Shown here: piece after piece, positions 50,192 through 59,802 of the stretch | Numbering within the stretch: the first letter of the stretch is position 1 | How the letters are laid out: each line of letters opens with the position of its first letter | From: Candidatus Latescibacterota bacterium | GTDB taxonomy: Bacteria > Latescibacterota > UBA2968 > UBA8231 | Direction of reading: 5' to 3' | Assembly (NCBI GenBank): GCA_965248265.1 | Contig: CBDFJF010000001.1 | Coordinates: 2,272,001-2,336,000, forward strand | Length of the DNA stretch: 64,000 bases | The notes under the pieces: generated by a model | The model's database searches: none | What the model saw: only the letters and a program-made list of their open reading frames with translations | Told to the model about the DNA's origin: nothing | Made by a program: the position numbers and the translations under genes

Positions 50192-50956
50192 ATGGCACTG
50201 AGTGAATCACAGATCGTGCAGTTCGAAGAGACCGGTCACCTGGTCGTCGAGTCCTTGATCTCCCAGGCGCAGCTGGACAAAGTGCGCGAACACATGAGTG
50301 CGATCGCGGAGGGCCGCGTCGACTTTCCCGCCGCCCAACTTGAGTACGAACCAGGTACTGGTGACGACCGGCCGGCTATCGAGCGACTGCGAAAGATCAA
50401 TAAGGGAGCCGCGCATGACCCCGTGTTCATGGAGCATGCCCTCAACTCGGCCATCGTCGACGTCATCGAGGACCTGCTGGGGCCCGATCTAAAGCTGTTC
50501 GGCGACCAGATGTTCGTCAAACCACCAGGTGGCCTGGAAAAGACCTACCACCAGGACTCGGCCTATTTCTTCATCGAGCCCATGGCCATCATCACCGCCT
50601 GGGTCGCCCTCGACGACGCCACCCTTGAAAACGGCTGCCTGTGGGTCATTCCCGGTTCTCATCGTCAGGGGGTACTCGACCACAGCGAAGTCTGGATGGT
50701 CGGAGACCGACAGGACCGGAAAATTCCCGATGCGGCCCTCGACCGCAGCAAGGAGGTCCCCGTCCTGCTCAATGCCGGGGACTGCTCCTTCCATCACAGT
50801 CTGTTACTGCACCGATCCGGGCCTAACAACACTGCTCAATTTCGCCGCGGACAGGCGTCCCACTACATGAGTGCCCGCTCGCGCTGGACCGGGAAGCCGG
50901 AAGACAAGCCCGATTACCCGCTGATCAGAGGCCGGGAGCACGCCGGGTGCGCCTGA
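50192..50956 (+). CDS. PhyH-family Fe(II)/2OG dioxygenase
   Basis: HQD, WVALDDATLENGCL..IPGSH and H.SGPN motifs. Confidence 0.9.
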   Translation: MALSESQIVQFEETGHLVVESLISQAQLDKVREHMSAIAEGRVDFPAAQLEYEPGTGDDRPAIERLRKINKGAAHDPVFMEHALNSAIVDVIEDLLGPDLKLFGDQMFVKPPGGLEKTYHQDSAYFFIEPMAIITAWVALDDATLENGCLWVIPGSHRQGVLDHSEVWMVGDRQDRKIPDAALDRSKEVPVLLNAGDCSFHHSLLLHRSGPNNTAQFRRGQASHYMSARSRWTGKPEDKPDYPLIRGREHAGCA

Positions 50957-51882
50957 TCACGGTCGGCGCCGCCCAATCCGGGCCGGTGACCTGTGCCGAA
51001 AGTCGTGCAGACGTCATCGAGCGCCTGATCGCCCTCATGCGGTCCGCCCATCAGCGCGGCTGCGATCTCGTCGTCTTCACCGAGATCGCCCTCACCCCCT
51101 TCTTCCCGCACTGGTACATCGAGGATGAAGATGAGATCGACGCCTACTTCGAACACGAGGTACCGGGCCCGGGTACGCAGCCCCTGTTCGATGAGGCTGT
51201 CCATCTGGGCATCGGCTTTCACCTCGGATTCGCCGAACTCGTCGTCGAGGACGGCCACAAACGGCGCTACAACAGCTGCGTCCTGGTCGGCAAGGACGGC
51301 CGCTTGATCGGCAAGTACCGCAAAATCCACCTTCCCGGCTTCGCTGAATTCCAGGAAGGACATCACTACCAGAATCTGGAGAAGTACTACTTCACCTCCG
51401 GCAATCTCGGTTTCGGCACCTGGCCCGCGTTCGGTGGCATCTTCGGCATGTGTATCTGCTACGATCGGCGATGGCCAGAGTCGTACAGGGTTCTGGCGTT
51501 GCAAGGAGCAGAGATGATCCTGCTCGGGTACAACACACCTGACTCCCCCGGCGACCGCGACGGCTCCAATCCGCTGGCCAACTTCCACAATCTGCTGAGC
51601 ATGCAGGCCGGCGCCTATCAGAACGGATGCTGGGTGGTCGGTGTCGCCAAGGCGGGCGTCGAGGAGGGCGTCAGCCAGATCGGACAGAGCTGCATCATCG
51701 CGCCCTCAGGTGAGATCGCTGCCATGGCGACTACCCTGGAGGACGAACTGGTGGTGGCCGAATGCGACCTGGACCGGACCCTGGAGTACCGCGAACACTC
51801 GCTGAACTTCGATGAGAATCGACATATAGAGCATTACCGGCTGATCACCGAACAAACCGGATCGATCCCGCCCGAGGGCTGA
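50947..51882 (+). CDS. N-carbamoyl-D-amino acid hydrolase (nitrilase superfamily)
   Basis: E-K-C triad motifs FTEIAL, YRKIHLPG and ICYDRRWPE; GYNTP. Confidence 0.88.
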   Translation: MRLITVGAAQSGPVTCAESRADVIERLIALMRSAHQRGCDLVVFTEIALTPFFPHWYIEDEDEIDAYFEHEVPGPGTQPLFDEAVHLGIGFHLGFAELVVEDGHKRRYNSCVLVGKDGRLIGKYRKIHLPGFAEFQEGHHYQNLEKYYFTSGNLGFGTWPAFGGIFGMCICYDRRWPESYRVLALQGAEMILLGYNTPDSPGDRDGSNPLANFHNLLSMQAGAYQNGCWVVGVAKAGVEEGVSQIGQSCIIAPSGEIAAMATTLEDELVVAECDLDRTLEYREHSLNFDENRHIEHYRLITEQTGSIPPEG

Positions 51883-51941
51883 TACCGCGCCGTACTTACC
51901 TCAGACGCGAGCACGCTGCCGGACGAACCCGAGGATTCCCT

Positions 51942-53233
51942 GTCGACACAGCGGCGCGCGCTGTCAAACGTCCGCTGGAACGCTTGGTTCGACCTTTTCT
52001 CCGATCCTGGCTTGCTCGTAGAGTCGGGCCATAGCCAGTAGAGGATTGTGTCCCAGGTAGTCACTGCACGGGCGATTGAACTCTGTGTCCGGCTTGCGCT
52101 GGATATCCTCCGGTCTTCCTCCCTGCGGATGGTAGAACTCCCATATGGTGCCGGTCCGTTCGAATTGCGCCGCGGAGTCGTCAAGGGCCTGTTCCAACAG
52201 CAAGGCGGCGTCGTCGTACGCACCGTAGTTCATACATCCTCTTGCCGCCCAGTAGGTCATGCTGTTCCATGCCGGACCTCGCCACAGGCGCAATTCGAAT
52301 CGCGGATCATCCAGAGCTACCGTTGCAATCGGATGCTCACAGAAAAACTTTTTCGGGTTCATGAGGTTGCTTCCAATCACGCGGCGTGCCTGGTCTGGTG
52401 TGGCTGCGCCAACAACGAGAGGCCACAATCCCTCAAAGGACAGGCAGCGTTGTGAGGGATCACCAACGGCCCAGATGTCGTGGAAGAAGTCAGTATCCTG
52501 GACAAACAACTGTTCTTGAATAAAGGACTTGAGATCGTCGGCTTTCTCTGCGTATTCAGATGATTCTTCGCCAAGTGCTTGCCCCCACCGACTGGCGCAG
52601 ACATACATGGCGAACACATGGGACGTCGCATCGACGCAGGCAAACGATCCGGGCTGTTTCTCAAAAAAACGAATACCCTCGTCAATGCCGCTCTCCCCGG
52701 TGGGACTCAAGATGTCGATGTAGAAGAATCCGTTCCCGGTAGCCTTGCGTTCTTGCTCGAACCAGGAGATCTGTCGAACGAGTGCCTTGTAGGCCAGGGG
52801 CAGTATGTCCGAGCCGTGCTCGTCAGCGTAATCCTGGACGGCGATAGGCCAGACAGGAGGATGCCCCGTTTCAGCCCTCCAGTCCGCTTTTCCCTCGCGA
52901 ACATAGATGACTCCAGGAACCAGTCCGTTATCCTGCTGTCCGGCAAGGTTGTTCTCGATTTGGTGGCGCGCATGTTCGGCATCGAGTGGCAGGATATCCA
53001 GGATAGCATGCACGATGTCCCAATGCCCAAACGCGGGGCCGTAGCAGTAACCCGGGCCAATCTCTTCCCACGGATGCGGGAATGGAGCCACTGCAGGCCT
53101 GACGCTTCTGCGGTGGAGATCCGCCACGTAGTTCAGCATGCGTTCCCATTCTGCTTTGCCCGGCATCTGCATCTTGCTGGTATCATTCTTCATTCTGGTC
53201 TGCTTTCTGTGGTCGAACGCAGGGATGACCTGC
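51942..53233 (-). mobile_element. Solitary integron-cassette-like unit around the glycosidase gene
   Basis: On the minus strand, GTTCGACC lies before the gene (53218-53211) and its complement GGTCGAAC at the gene end (51994-51987), followed by an attC-like arm. Confidence 0.55.
51964..53193 (-). CDS. GH63/MGH1-like (alpha/alpha)6 glycoside hydrolase
   Basis: HWD, PPV, ESGID, WRGPAW and WEFY motifs; lower GC than its neighbours. Confidence 0.8.
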   Translation of the reverse strand: MKNDTSKMQMPGKAEWERMLNYVADLHRRSVRPAVAPFPHPWEEIGPGYCYGPAFGHWDIVHAILDILPLDAEHARHQIENNLAGQQDNGLVPGVIYVREGKADWRAETGHPPVWPIAVQDYADEHGSDILPLAYKALVRQISWFEQERKATGNGFFYIDILSPTGESGIDEGIRFFEKQPGSFACVDATSHVFAMYVCASRWGQALGEESSEYAEKADDLKSFIQEQLFVQDTDFFHDIWAVGDPSQRCLSFEGLWPLVVGAATPDQARRVIGSNLMNPKKFFCEHPIATVALDDPRFELRLWRGPAWNSMTYWAARGCMNYGAYDDAALLLEQALDDSAAQFERTGTIWEFYHPQGGRPEDIQRKPDTEFNRPCSDYLGHNPLLAMARLYEQARIGEKVEPSVPADV

Positions 53234-53552
53234 TGGCGGAATCACCAAAGGATTTAGTCCGCCGATCTATGGAATCTACCTGGCAGGCGTCGGCCTTCCG
53301 CGCCTGACCGAGTAACGATAACCTATTTTGTAGCAACTATGCATCGTATTTACAGACCCGGGCACCTCGCCCTGTGCGGCGAGCCCATCGGCATGGCCCT
53401 CGTCATCGTCCGCGACTTGGGCAAAGACAGCAGGTAGAATCGACGACTGATCGAGATAACCTCCGTACATACCTCGAACGCGAGTATCTTCGTATTTTCT
53501 TCAGCTGATCCCTGAATGCTGTTCCACGACTACCGGAAAGAGACAGGCAACG

Positions 53553-54566
53553 ATGGCTGGAAGTAAGAAGACGGCACTGATAACGGGTGTAACGGGCCAG
53601 GACGGGTCCTACCTGGCTGAGCTCCTGCTGGACAAGGGGTATGAAGTGGTCGGAGTCTCTCGCCGCTCGACACATTACCGGCATGAAAACATCGATCACC
53701 TGGGTGGTAGACTGAAACTCGAGTACGGTGACCTCATAGACCCCACCAGCATCGAGCGTTTGGTCGCTGAGTACCAGCCGGATGAGGTCTACAACATCGC
53801 GGCCCAGTCGGTCCCGGCCGACAGCTGGACCCAACCGGTGGTCACGGCTGAGATCACCGCCGTGGGGCCAGTTCGGGTGCTGGAAGCCGTGCGCAAGTAC
53901 AAACCGGACGCCCGCTTCTATCAGGCCACGAGTAGAGAAATCTACGGCGGCATCCAACAAGAGGTGATCGATGAGAGCGCCCCGCTGGGCGCCAACAACC
54001 CATATGGCGTGGCCAAGCTCTACGCTCACCTCATGGTCGAGACCTACCGCCAATCCTACGACATGTTCGCTTGTGGTGGCATCCTCTTCAATCACGAGAG
54101 CCCTCGACGATCTCTGCATTTCGTCACCCGCAAGGTCACGATGGCCGTGGCCTGTATCAAATGTGGCATCGACAATCCCCCCTTGAATGAGGCCGGCGAA
54201 CCACTCGTAAGAGACGGAAAGCTGCGTATGGGCAACCTCGATGCGGTACGTGACTGGGGCCATGCCCAGGAATACGTCGAGGCCATGTGGCTGATGCTGC
54301 AGCAGGATGAACCCGAGAACTACGTCATCGCCACCAACCGCTCGAACACCATCCGCGAGCTCTGTGAGGTCGCCTTCTCGCATGCCGGCCTGGATTGGCA
54401 AGAGCACGTTGACACCGATGAGCGCTTCATACGCCCGACGGAGATCGCGGCTTCTCGAGGCGACTTTTCCAAGGCCAAGGCGCAGCTGGGCTGGTCGCCG
54501 AAGGTCAGCTTCGAGGAATTGATTCACCTGATGGTCGACGCCGACATCGCCCGCCTGTCTGAGTGA
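53553..54566 (+). CDS. gmd: GDP-mannose 4,6-dehydratase (divergent)
   Basis: ITGVTGQDGSYLAE, PYGVAK, FNHESPRR, FVTRK and GNLDAVRDWG motifs. Confidence 0.88.
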   Translation: MAGSKKTALITGVTGQDGSYLAELLLDKGYEVVGVSRRSTHYRHENIDHLGGRLKLEYGDLIDPTSIERLVAEYQPDEVYNIAAQSVPADSWTQPVVTAEITAVGPVRVLEAVRKYKPDARFYQATSREIYGGIQQEVIDESAPLGANNPYGVAKLYAHLMVETYRQSYDMFACGGILFNHESPRRSLHFVTRKVTMAVACIKCGIDNPPLNEAGEPLVRDGKLRMGNLDAVRDWGHAQEYVEAMWLMLQQDEPENYVIATNRSNTIRELCEVAFSHAGLDWQEHVDTDERFIRPTEIAASRGDFSKAKAQLGWSPKVSFEELIHLMVDADIARLSE

Positions 54567-55966
54567 TGGCTACTGCAACTGAAGATGCCTTGACTGATAC
54601 CGCCGCCGCCGGGGCCACAGGAAGCAGGGTCCCTGAACACAGGATCTTCCACCGGGTCAAGAAAGAGCGCTGGCCGCTGATTTCACACGCCGAGGGTCTC
54701 TACCTCTACGATGCGGCCGGCAACTGCTACCTGGACGCCTGCGCCGGCGTCCACGTCGTCAGCATCGGCCATGGAGTGAAAGAGGTAGTCGAGGCCATGC
54801 ACCAGCAGGCCGGCAAGGTCACCTTCGCCTACGGCAAGTTCATCTCCGAACCCCAGATCCAGCTGGCGGAGAAGATTGCCACGATGACGCCGGCCGGGTT
54901 GTCTCGCGTGTTCTTCGTCTCCGGCGGTTCTGAAGCTACCGAGTCAGCGATGAAGATGGCGCGCAAGTACCACGTCGAGACAGGCAACCCCTCCAAGTAC
55001 AAGGTGATCAGCCGGTGGCAGAGCTGGCACGGCAACACCATCGGCGCGCTGTCGATGTCGGGGCGTAGTCCCTGGCGACAGGACTATGTCCCCTATCTGC
55101 TCGATTTTCCGCACATTTCTCCCTGCTACCCCTACCGTTGCGCCTACTGCAAGAATGAGGAAGGCGGATGCCAACTCTCCTGCGCCGAGGAACTCGAGCG
55201 CGTGATCAAGCAGGAGGGCAGTGATTCCATCTCCGCCTTCATCGCCGAGCCGGTAATGGGAACGTCTGCCTGCGGAGTGGCGCCGCCGCCGGACTATTTC
55301 CCCATGATCCGCGACATCTGTGACCGTCATAACGTGATAATGATCGTAGATGAGGTTGTCACCGGATTCGGCCGCACGGGCCTCGACTTCGGCATACAGC
55401 ACTGGGACGCGGTCCCCGACATCATGTGCACGGGAAAGGGGCTCAGCAGCGGATACACGCCTATCGCGGCCACGATCGCTCACGAGCGCATCTACGACGC
55501 CATTTACCAAACGGCACCCTCGTTCGTCCACGGCCATACCTATGGCGGCAACCCGCTCAGCTGCGCCACCGCGCTGGCGGTCCTCAACTATGTCGACGAG
55601 CATGATCTCGTCAAACGCTGTGCCGAGATGGGAGAACTTATGTTGGAAAAACTGCTGCCGTTGCAGGAACTGCCCATCGTCGCCGAGGTGCGTGGCAAGG
55701 GCCTGCTCATCGGCGTGGAGTTCGTGGCTGACAAGAACACGCGGGCACCGTTCGATGCATCGCTCGGGGTCACCAATCGTGTCGTCGAGGGCGTATTCGA
55801 CAAGGGCGTCGCCATCATGCCGGGCGCTCCCGGGCTCATCGACGGGGTCGAGGGCGACCACATCGCCATCAGCCCGCCGTTTACGATAACCTCAGAGGAA
55901 GTCGACATCAGCGTCGACGCGGTTGTGGCTACCGTGCGCGAGCTTTCGGCGGAGCTGGCGCCATGA
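54566..55966 (+). CDS. Class III aminotransferase
   Basis: SGGSEA, WHG, DEVVTGFGRTG, GKGLSSGY and HGHTY motifs. Confidence 0.92.
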   Translation: MATATEDALTDTAAAGATGSRVPEHRIFHRVKKERWPLISHAEGLYLYDAAGNCYLDACAGVHVVSIGHGVKEVVEAMHQQAGKVTFAYGKFISEPQIQLAEKIATMTPAGLSRVFFVSGGSEATESAMKMARKYHVETGNPSKYKVISRWQSWHGNTIGALSMSGRSPWRQDYVPYLLDFPHISPCYPYRCAYCKNEEGGCQLSCAEELERVIKQEGSDSISAFIAEPVMGTSACGVAPPPDYFPMIRDICDRHNVIMIVDEVVTGFGRTGLDFGIQHWDAVPDIMCTGKGLSSGYTPIAATIAHERIYDAIYQTAPSFVHGHTYGGNPLSCATALAVLNYVDEHDLVKRCAEMGELMLEKLLPLQELPIVAEVRGKGLLIGVEFVADKNTRAPFDASLGVTNRVVEGVFDKGVAIMPGAPGLIDGVEGDHIAISPPFTITSEEVDISVDAVVATVRELSAELAP

Positions 55967-56757
55967 CGCGATTCAGCTACATGGTCATCGACACACCCAC
56001 CGTCTTCGCGGACGATGCGGCCGCCCGCGGCTGTTTCGAGCTGGTCAAATCATGCGGCTACGAAGGGCTGGAGTTGAATATTTCCAACGCCATTCTGGAA
56101 AAGCAGGACTTACTGACCTCCCTGATCGAAGAACACGACCTGCCGATCCCCTCTTTTCTGACCGGCGCCGTCTACTCCCAGGGTCTGTGCCTGAGCTCGC
56201 CCGACGAAGCCTCCAGGCAGGGAGCGATTGATTGCCTCATCGGATATCTCGACTTGGCCGAGCGCTTCGGGGCCATCCTCGTAGTCGGCCTGCTGCAAGG
56301 ACTCACCCGCGACGAACCGGATACGGAGACGGCGCTGGGTCGAATCGTGGCTTCGATGAAGGAAGTCACTGCCAGGGCCCAGGTACGGGGTGTCCAGCTT
56401 GTGATGGAGCCGATCAATCACCTCCAGGTCGGCTTCAATAATTCAGTCGCTGAGGTGCGCCAACTGGCGCGGGACGTCGGCTCAACGGCGCTCAAGCCTA
56501 TGGTCGACACCATTCATATGAACATCGAGGACCAGTCGATCACGCAGCCGATATTCGATTGCGGCGCCGATTTGGCCCACGTCCACCTGTGTGAGAGCAA
56601 TGGCGGGCCGTTCGGGAGCGGCCACATCGACTTCGGTTCAGTACTCGATGCTTTGAACAAGATCGGCTACGACGGATTCGCTTCGGTCAAGATCTACCGC
56701 AAGGCCTCGATGGCTGAAGCGACCAGCTCCAGTATCGAGTTCTTGCGCAAACTCTGA
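55963..56757 (+). CDS. Sugar phosphate isomerase/epimerase (TIM barrel)
   Basis: EPINH, DTIHMNIE, HVHLCESN and GSGHIDF motifs. Confidence 0.85.
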   Translation: MTRFSYMVIDTPTVFADDAAARGCFELVKSCGYEGLELNISNAILEKQDLLTSLIEEHDLPIPSFLTGAVYSQGLCLSSPDEASRQGAIDCLIGYLDLAERFGAILVVGLLQGLTRDEPDTETALGRIVASMKEVTARAQVRGVQLVMEPINHLQVGFNNSVAEVRQLARDVGSTALKPMVDTIHMNIEDQSITQPIFDCGADLAHVHLCESNGGPFGSGHIDFGSVLDALNKIGYDGFASVKIYRKASMAEATSSSIEFLRKL

Positions 56758-56813
56758 GCGTACCTGCTCACCTCAAACCTGCCCCGGCAACGGGCTGGAA
56801 GCGCTGAATTGTC

Positions 56814-58547
56814 GTGATCTATCGCGTATTCCCGTTCCTGCTATGGCTGCCCGAACTTCGCAAGGCGTCCATCCTGCGAGGCGACGTGATCGCCGGAATC
56901 ACGGTGGCAGCCGTGCTGATCCCGCAGTCGATGGCCTACGCCAGGTTGGCTGGATTGCCGGCGGTGTTTGGTCTGTACGCCGCCTTCCTGCCGCCTGTGA
57001 TCGCCGGCCTGTTCGGTTCCTCGCGCCAACTGGCCACGGGACCCGTCGCCCTGGTTGCTCTGATCAGTGCCGCGACGGTCGGTAAGATCGCTCCCCCTGG
57101 CTCGGCTGATTTCGTTTCCTATTCCATCCTGCTTGCCCTGATGGTCGGCCTCTTCCGGTTGACACTCGGACTGTTGCGCTTCGGCATGCTCGTCAACCTA
57201 CTGTCCGGTCCGGTCGTCGTCGGCTTCACCAATGCGGCCGCCCTCATCATCGCTTCATCGCAATTGCCGGCGATTCTGGGCGTGGATACCCCACCAGCTG
57301 CTGAGCGCCACCTGCAGATGGTCCTTCAGACGGTGCGCTCGGCTATAGCAGGAGTGCATTGGGCCTCCATCGGCATGGCGACTCTGACTGGCCTCATCCT
57401 GTTGGTGTTGCGTTTCCGATTCGAGAAGATACTGGTGGCCGTTGCCGTGACCACGGCGGTATCCTGGTTTTTCGGGTACCAAGGCGCGGTGGTCGGCAGC
57501 GTGCCCAGCGGTCTGCCCTCCGTAGTGGTACCACACTTTGACGGTGATGTTGCCTCTAGCTTGGCTGTCGGAGCGGCCTTCATCACCATCATCGGCCTGA
57601 TGGAAGCCATGTCAATCGCCAAAAGCATCGCCACCAAAACCCGTCAACAACTCGACGTGAACCAGGAACTGATCGGCCAGGGTTTGTCCAACATCATCGG
57701 AGGTCTGTTCCAGAGTTTTGCCGTCTCCGGATCCTTTTCACGCTCGGCCATCAACTACGAGTCCGGGGCACGCACCGGGTTTGCGACCGTCGTATGCTCA
57801 GGCGTCGTGATGGCTACACTGTTGTTCCTGACACCACTCTTGTATCACCTGCCACAGGCCACGCTCGCCGTCATCATTGTTTTTGCCGTGCTCAGCCTCG
57901 TCCGCCTGGATCCGGTGCTGGTCGCCTGGCGCGTCACTCCCAAGGACGGCGCCATCGCCGTCGTCACCTTCTTGGCCACGCTGGTGCTGGCACCCCAGCT
58001 CCATTTCGGCATCGGCATCGGTGTCAGCCTGACGCTGATTCTGTACCTGCACCGATCGATGCGACCGCACGTGGCCTACCTGTCTCGCCACCCTGACGGT
58101 CCGCTGGTCGATGCCGAAGCCAATGATCTGGCCCTCGACAAGTACATCGCCCTCATCCGCTTCGACGGCCGGCTCTATTTTGGCGACAGCAGCTACTTCG
58201 AGAGCAAGGTCCTAGAAGCGGTCACGCGCCTGCCCGAGCTCGTCTACGTCGTCATCGACGCTGGCAGCATCAACGAGATAGATGCCACCGGCGAACGCAC
58301 CTTGCGCGATACCGTCACCAACCTGCGCGGCGTCGGCATAGACATCTATTTCACTCGAGCCAAGACCCAATTCGTCGACGTGCTGGAACGAACCGGCTGT
58401 CTCGATCACATCGGTAGAGATCATTTTTTCGACTGGAACCAGCATGCCCTTGACCATCTCTGGGAGCAGATGGATCCGGCTAAAAGAACCCGCTCCCCCC
58501 TTCACGTGCCAACCCCCGGGGGCAAGGGTGGCATCTGGGCCATATAG
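56814..58547 (+). CDS. SulP family anion transporter with STAS domain
   Basis: PQSMAYA.LAGLP, FGSSRQL.TGP, NQELIGQG and GSFSRSA motifs. Confidence 0.93.
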   Translation: MIYRVFPFLLWLPELRKASILRGDVIAGITVAAVLIPQSMAYARLAGLPAVFGLYAAFLPPVIAGLFGSSRQLATGPVALVALISAATVGKIAPPGSADFVSYSILLALMVGLFRLTLGLLRFGMLVNLLSGPVVVGFTNAAALIIASSQLPAILGVDTPPAAERHLQMVLQTVRSAIAGVHWASIGMATLTGLILLVLRFRFEKILVAVAVTTAVSWFFGYQGAVVGSVPSGLPSVVVPHFDGDVASSLAVGAAFITIIGLMEAMSIAKSIATKTRQQLDVNQELIGQGLSNIIGGLFQSFAVSGSFSRSAINYESGARTGFATVVCSGVVMATLLFLTPLLYHLPQATLAVIIVFAVLSLVRLDPVLVAWRVTPKDGAIAVVTFLATLVLAPQLHFGIGIGVSLTLILYLHRSMRPHVAYLSRHPDGPLVDAEANDLALDKYIALIRFDGRLYFGDSSYFESKVLEAVTRLPELVYVVIDAGSINEIDATGERTLRDTVTNLRGVGIDIYFTRAKTQFVDVLERTGCLDHIGRDHFFDWNQHALDHLWEQMDPAKRTRSPLHVPTPGGKGGIWAI

Positions 58548-58575
58548 TCGAACCCGACTCCGATAGACCGGCTCT

Positions 58576-58666
58576 TGTAGCCGGTGTCGTTTTCCGTACT
58601 TTAGCGACCCGCTGCGACGATCCGCTGTAGCGAGCTGTTTTGTTACGATCTGCCGTTTCGGCTACA
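58576..58666. repeat. Short intergenic element with TGTAGCCG/CGGCTACA inverted ends (REP-like)
   Basis: Only an 8-bp inverted repeat supports it. Confidence 0.3.
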
Positions 58667-58697
58667 CCCTTTTCCCTCTCCAGGGAGCACCCCACTC

Positions 58698-59786
58698 GTG
58701 AGCGATTCCGATCAAGGCACAATCCCCGTCTTCATTGGCAGCTACTGTGCCGCTGAAGAAGACGGCGTCTACGTGCACCGCCTGGACATGAGTTCGGGCG
58801 CCCTGGAGCCCGTGAGCGCTATCGGAGGGTTACAGAACCCGAGCTTTCTCGCTCTGCACCCGACCAAGCCGGTGTTGTATGCGGTCATCGAAACCGATGA
58901 AGGTGCGGTTACCGCCCTCTCCTATGACGAGGACTTCGGTCTGACGGCACACAGCAGCTGCTCGACCGGCGGCAGCCCTTGTCATCTTGTCGTAGATGCC
59001 ACGGGTAGGTACGTCCTGGCTGCCAATTACGGTGGCGGCAGCGTCTGCATGATTCCGCTACGCGCTGATGGCAAGGTGGAAGAGGAAGCCAGTGACTTCG
59101 TCCAGCATCAGGGCTCCAGCGTGCATGACCGGCAAACCGAACCCCATGCGCACTCGATCAATATCGATCCTGGAAATCGCTTCGCCCTCGCGGCCGATCT
59201 GGGGCTCGACAAGATCATGATGTATGCGCTCGATTTCGAGGCCGGCAAACTCCGAACACATGCGACCCAGCCGTTCGCCCGGACTCCGAGCGGCGCCGGA
59301 CCCCGGCATCTAGCGTTCTCGCCAAACCGCCAACTGGTTTATGTGATCAATGAAATCGACAACACCATAACGTCGTTCAACTTCGACGAGTCTGGTGCGA
59401 TGGAGACTCTCGAGACCGTCTCTACCCTGCCAGACGACTTCGACGGTGAGAGTGGTACCGCCGATATCCACATCGAGCCCTCAGGCCGTTTTCTCTACGG
59501 CTCGAATCGCGGCCACGACAGCATCGCCATCTACGCCATAGACCCGGACTCCGGGCGGCTGCAGACGCGTGGTCACACACCCACCGGTGGCAAGAATCCT
59601 CGCAGTTTCGGCATCGATCCCACCGGGACGTTTCTGCTGGCTGCGAATCAGAGCACGAACGACATCCACACATTCCGCTTAGACCAGCAAGACGGCAGCC
59701 TGGCGTCGACAGGCCACGTCGTCGAGGTCCCAGCACCGGTTAGCATGCAATTCCACACATCCCCGCGGCCGCCAGACAGGTCGTAA
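58698..59786 (+). CDS. pgl: 6-phosphogluconolactonase (lactonase beta-propeller)
   Basis: NPSFL, ANYGGGS, PHAH, ADLGLD, GAGPRH and SNRGHDS motifs. Confidence 0.85.
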   Translation: MSDSDQGTIPVFIGSYCAAEEDGVYVHRLDMSSGALEPVSAIGGLQNPSFLALHPTKPVLYAVIETDEGAVTALSYDEDFGLTAHSSCSTGGSPCHLVVDATGRYVLAANYGGGSVCMIPLRADGKVEEEASDFVQHQGSSVHDRQTEPHAHSINIDPGNRFALAADLGLDKIMMYALDFEAGKLRTHATQPFARTPSGAGPRHLAFSPNRQLVYVINEIDNTITSFNFDESGAMETLETVSTLPDDFDGESGTADIHIEPSGRFLYGSNRGHDSIAIYAIDPDSGRLQTRGHTPTGGKNPRSFGIDPTGTFLLAANQSTNDIHTFRLDQQDGSLASTGHVVEVPAPVSMQFHTSPRPPDRS

Positions 59787-59802
59787 CCAGGAGGCAAGAC
59801 CT

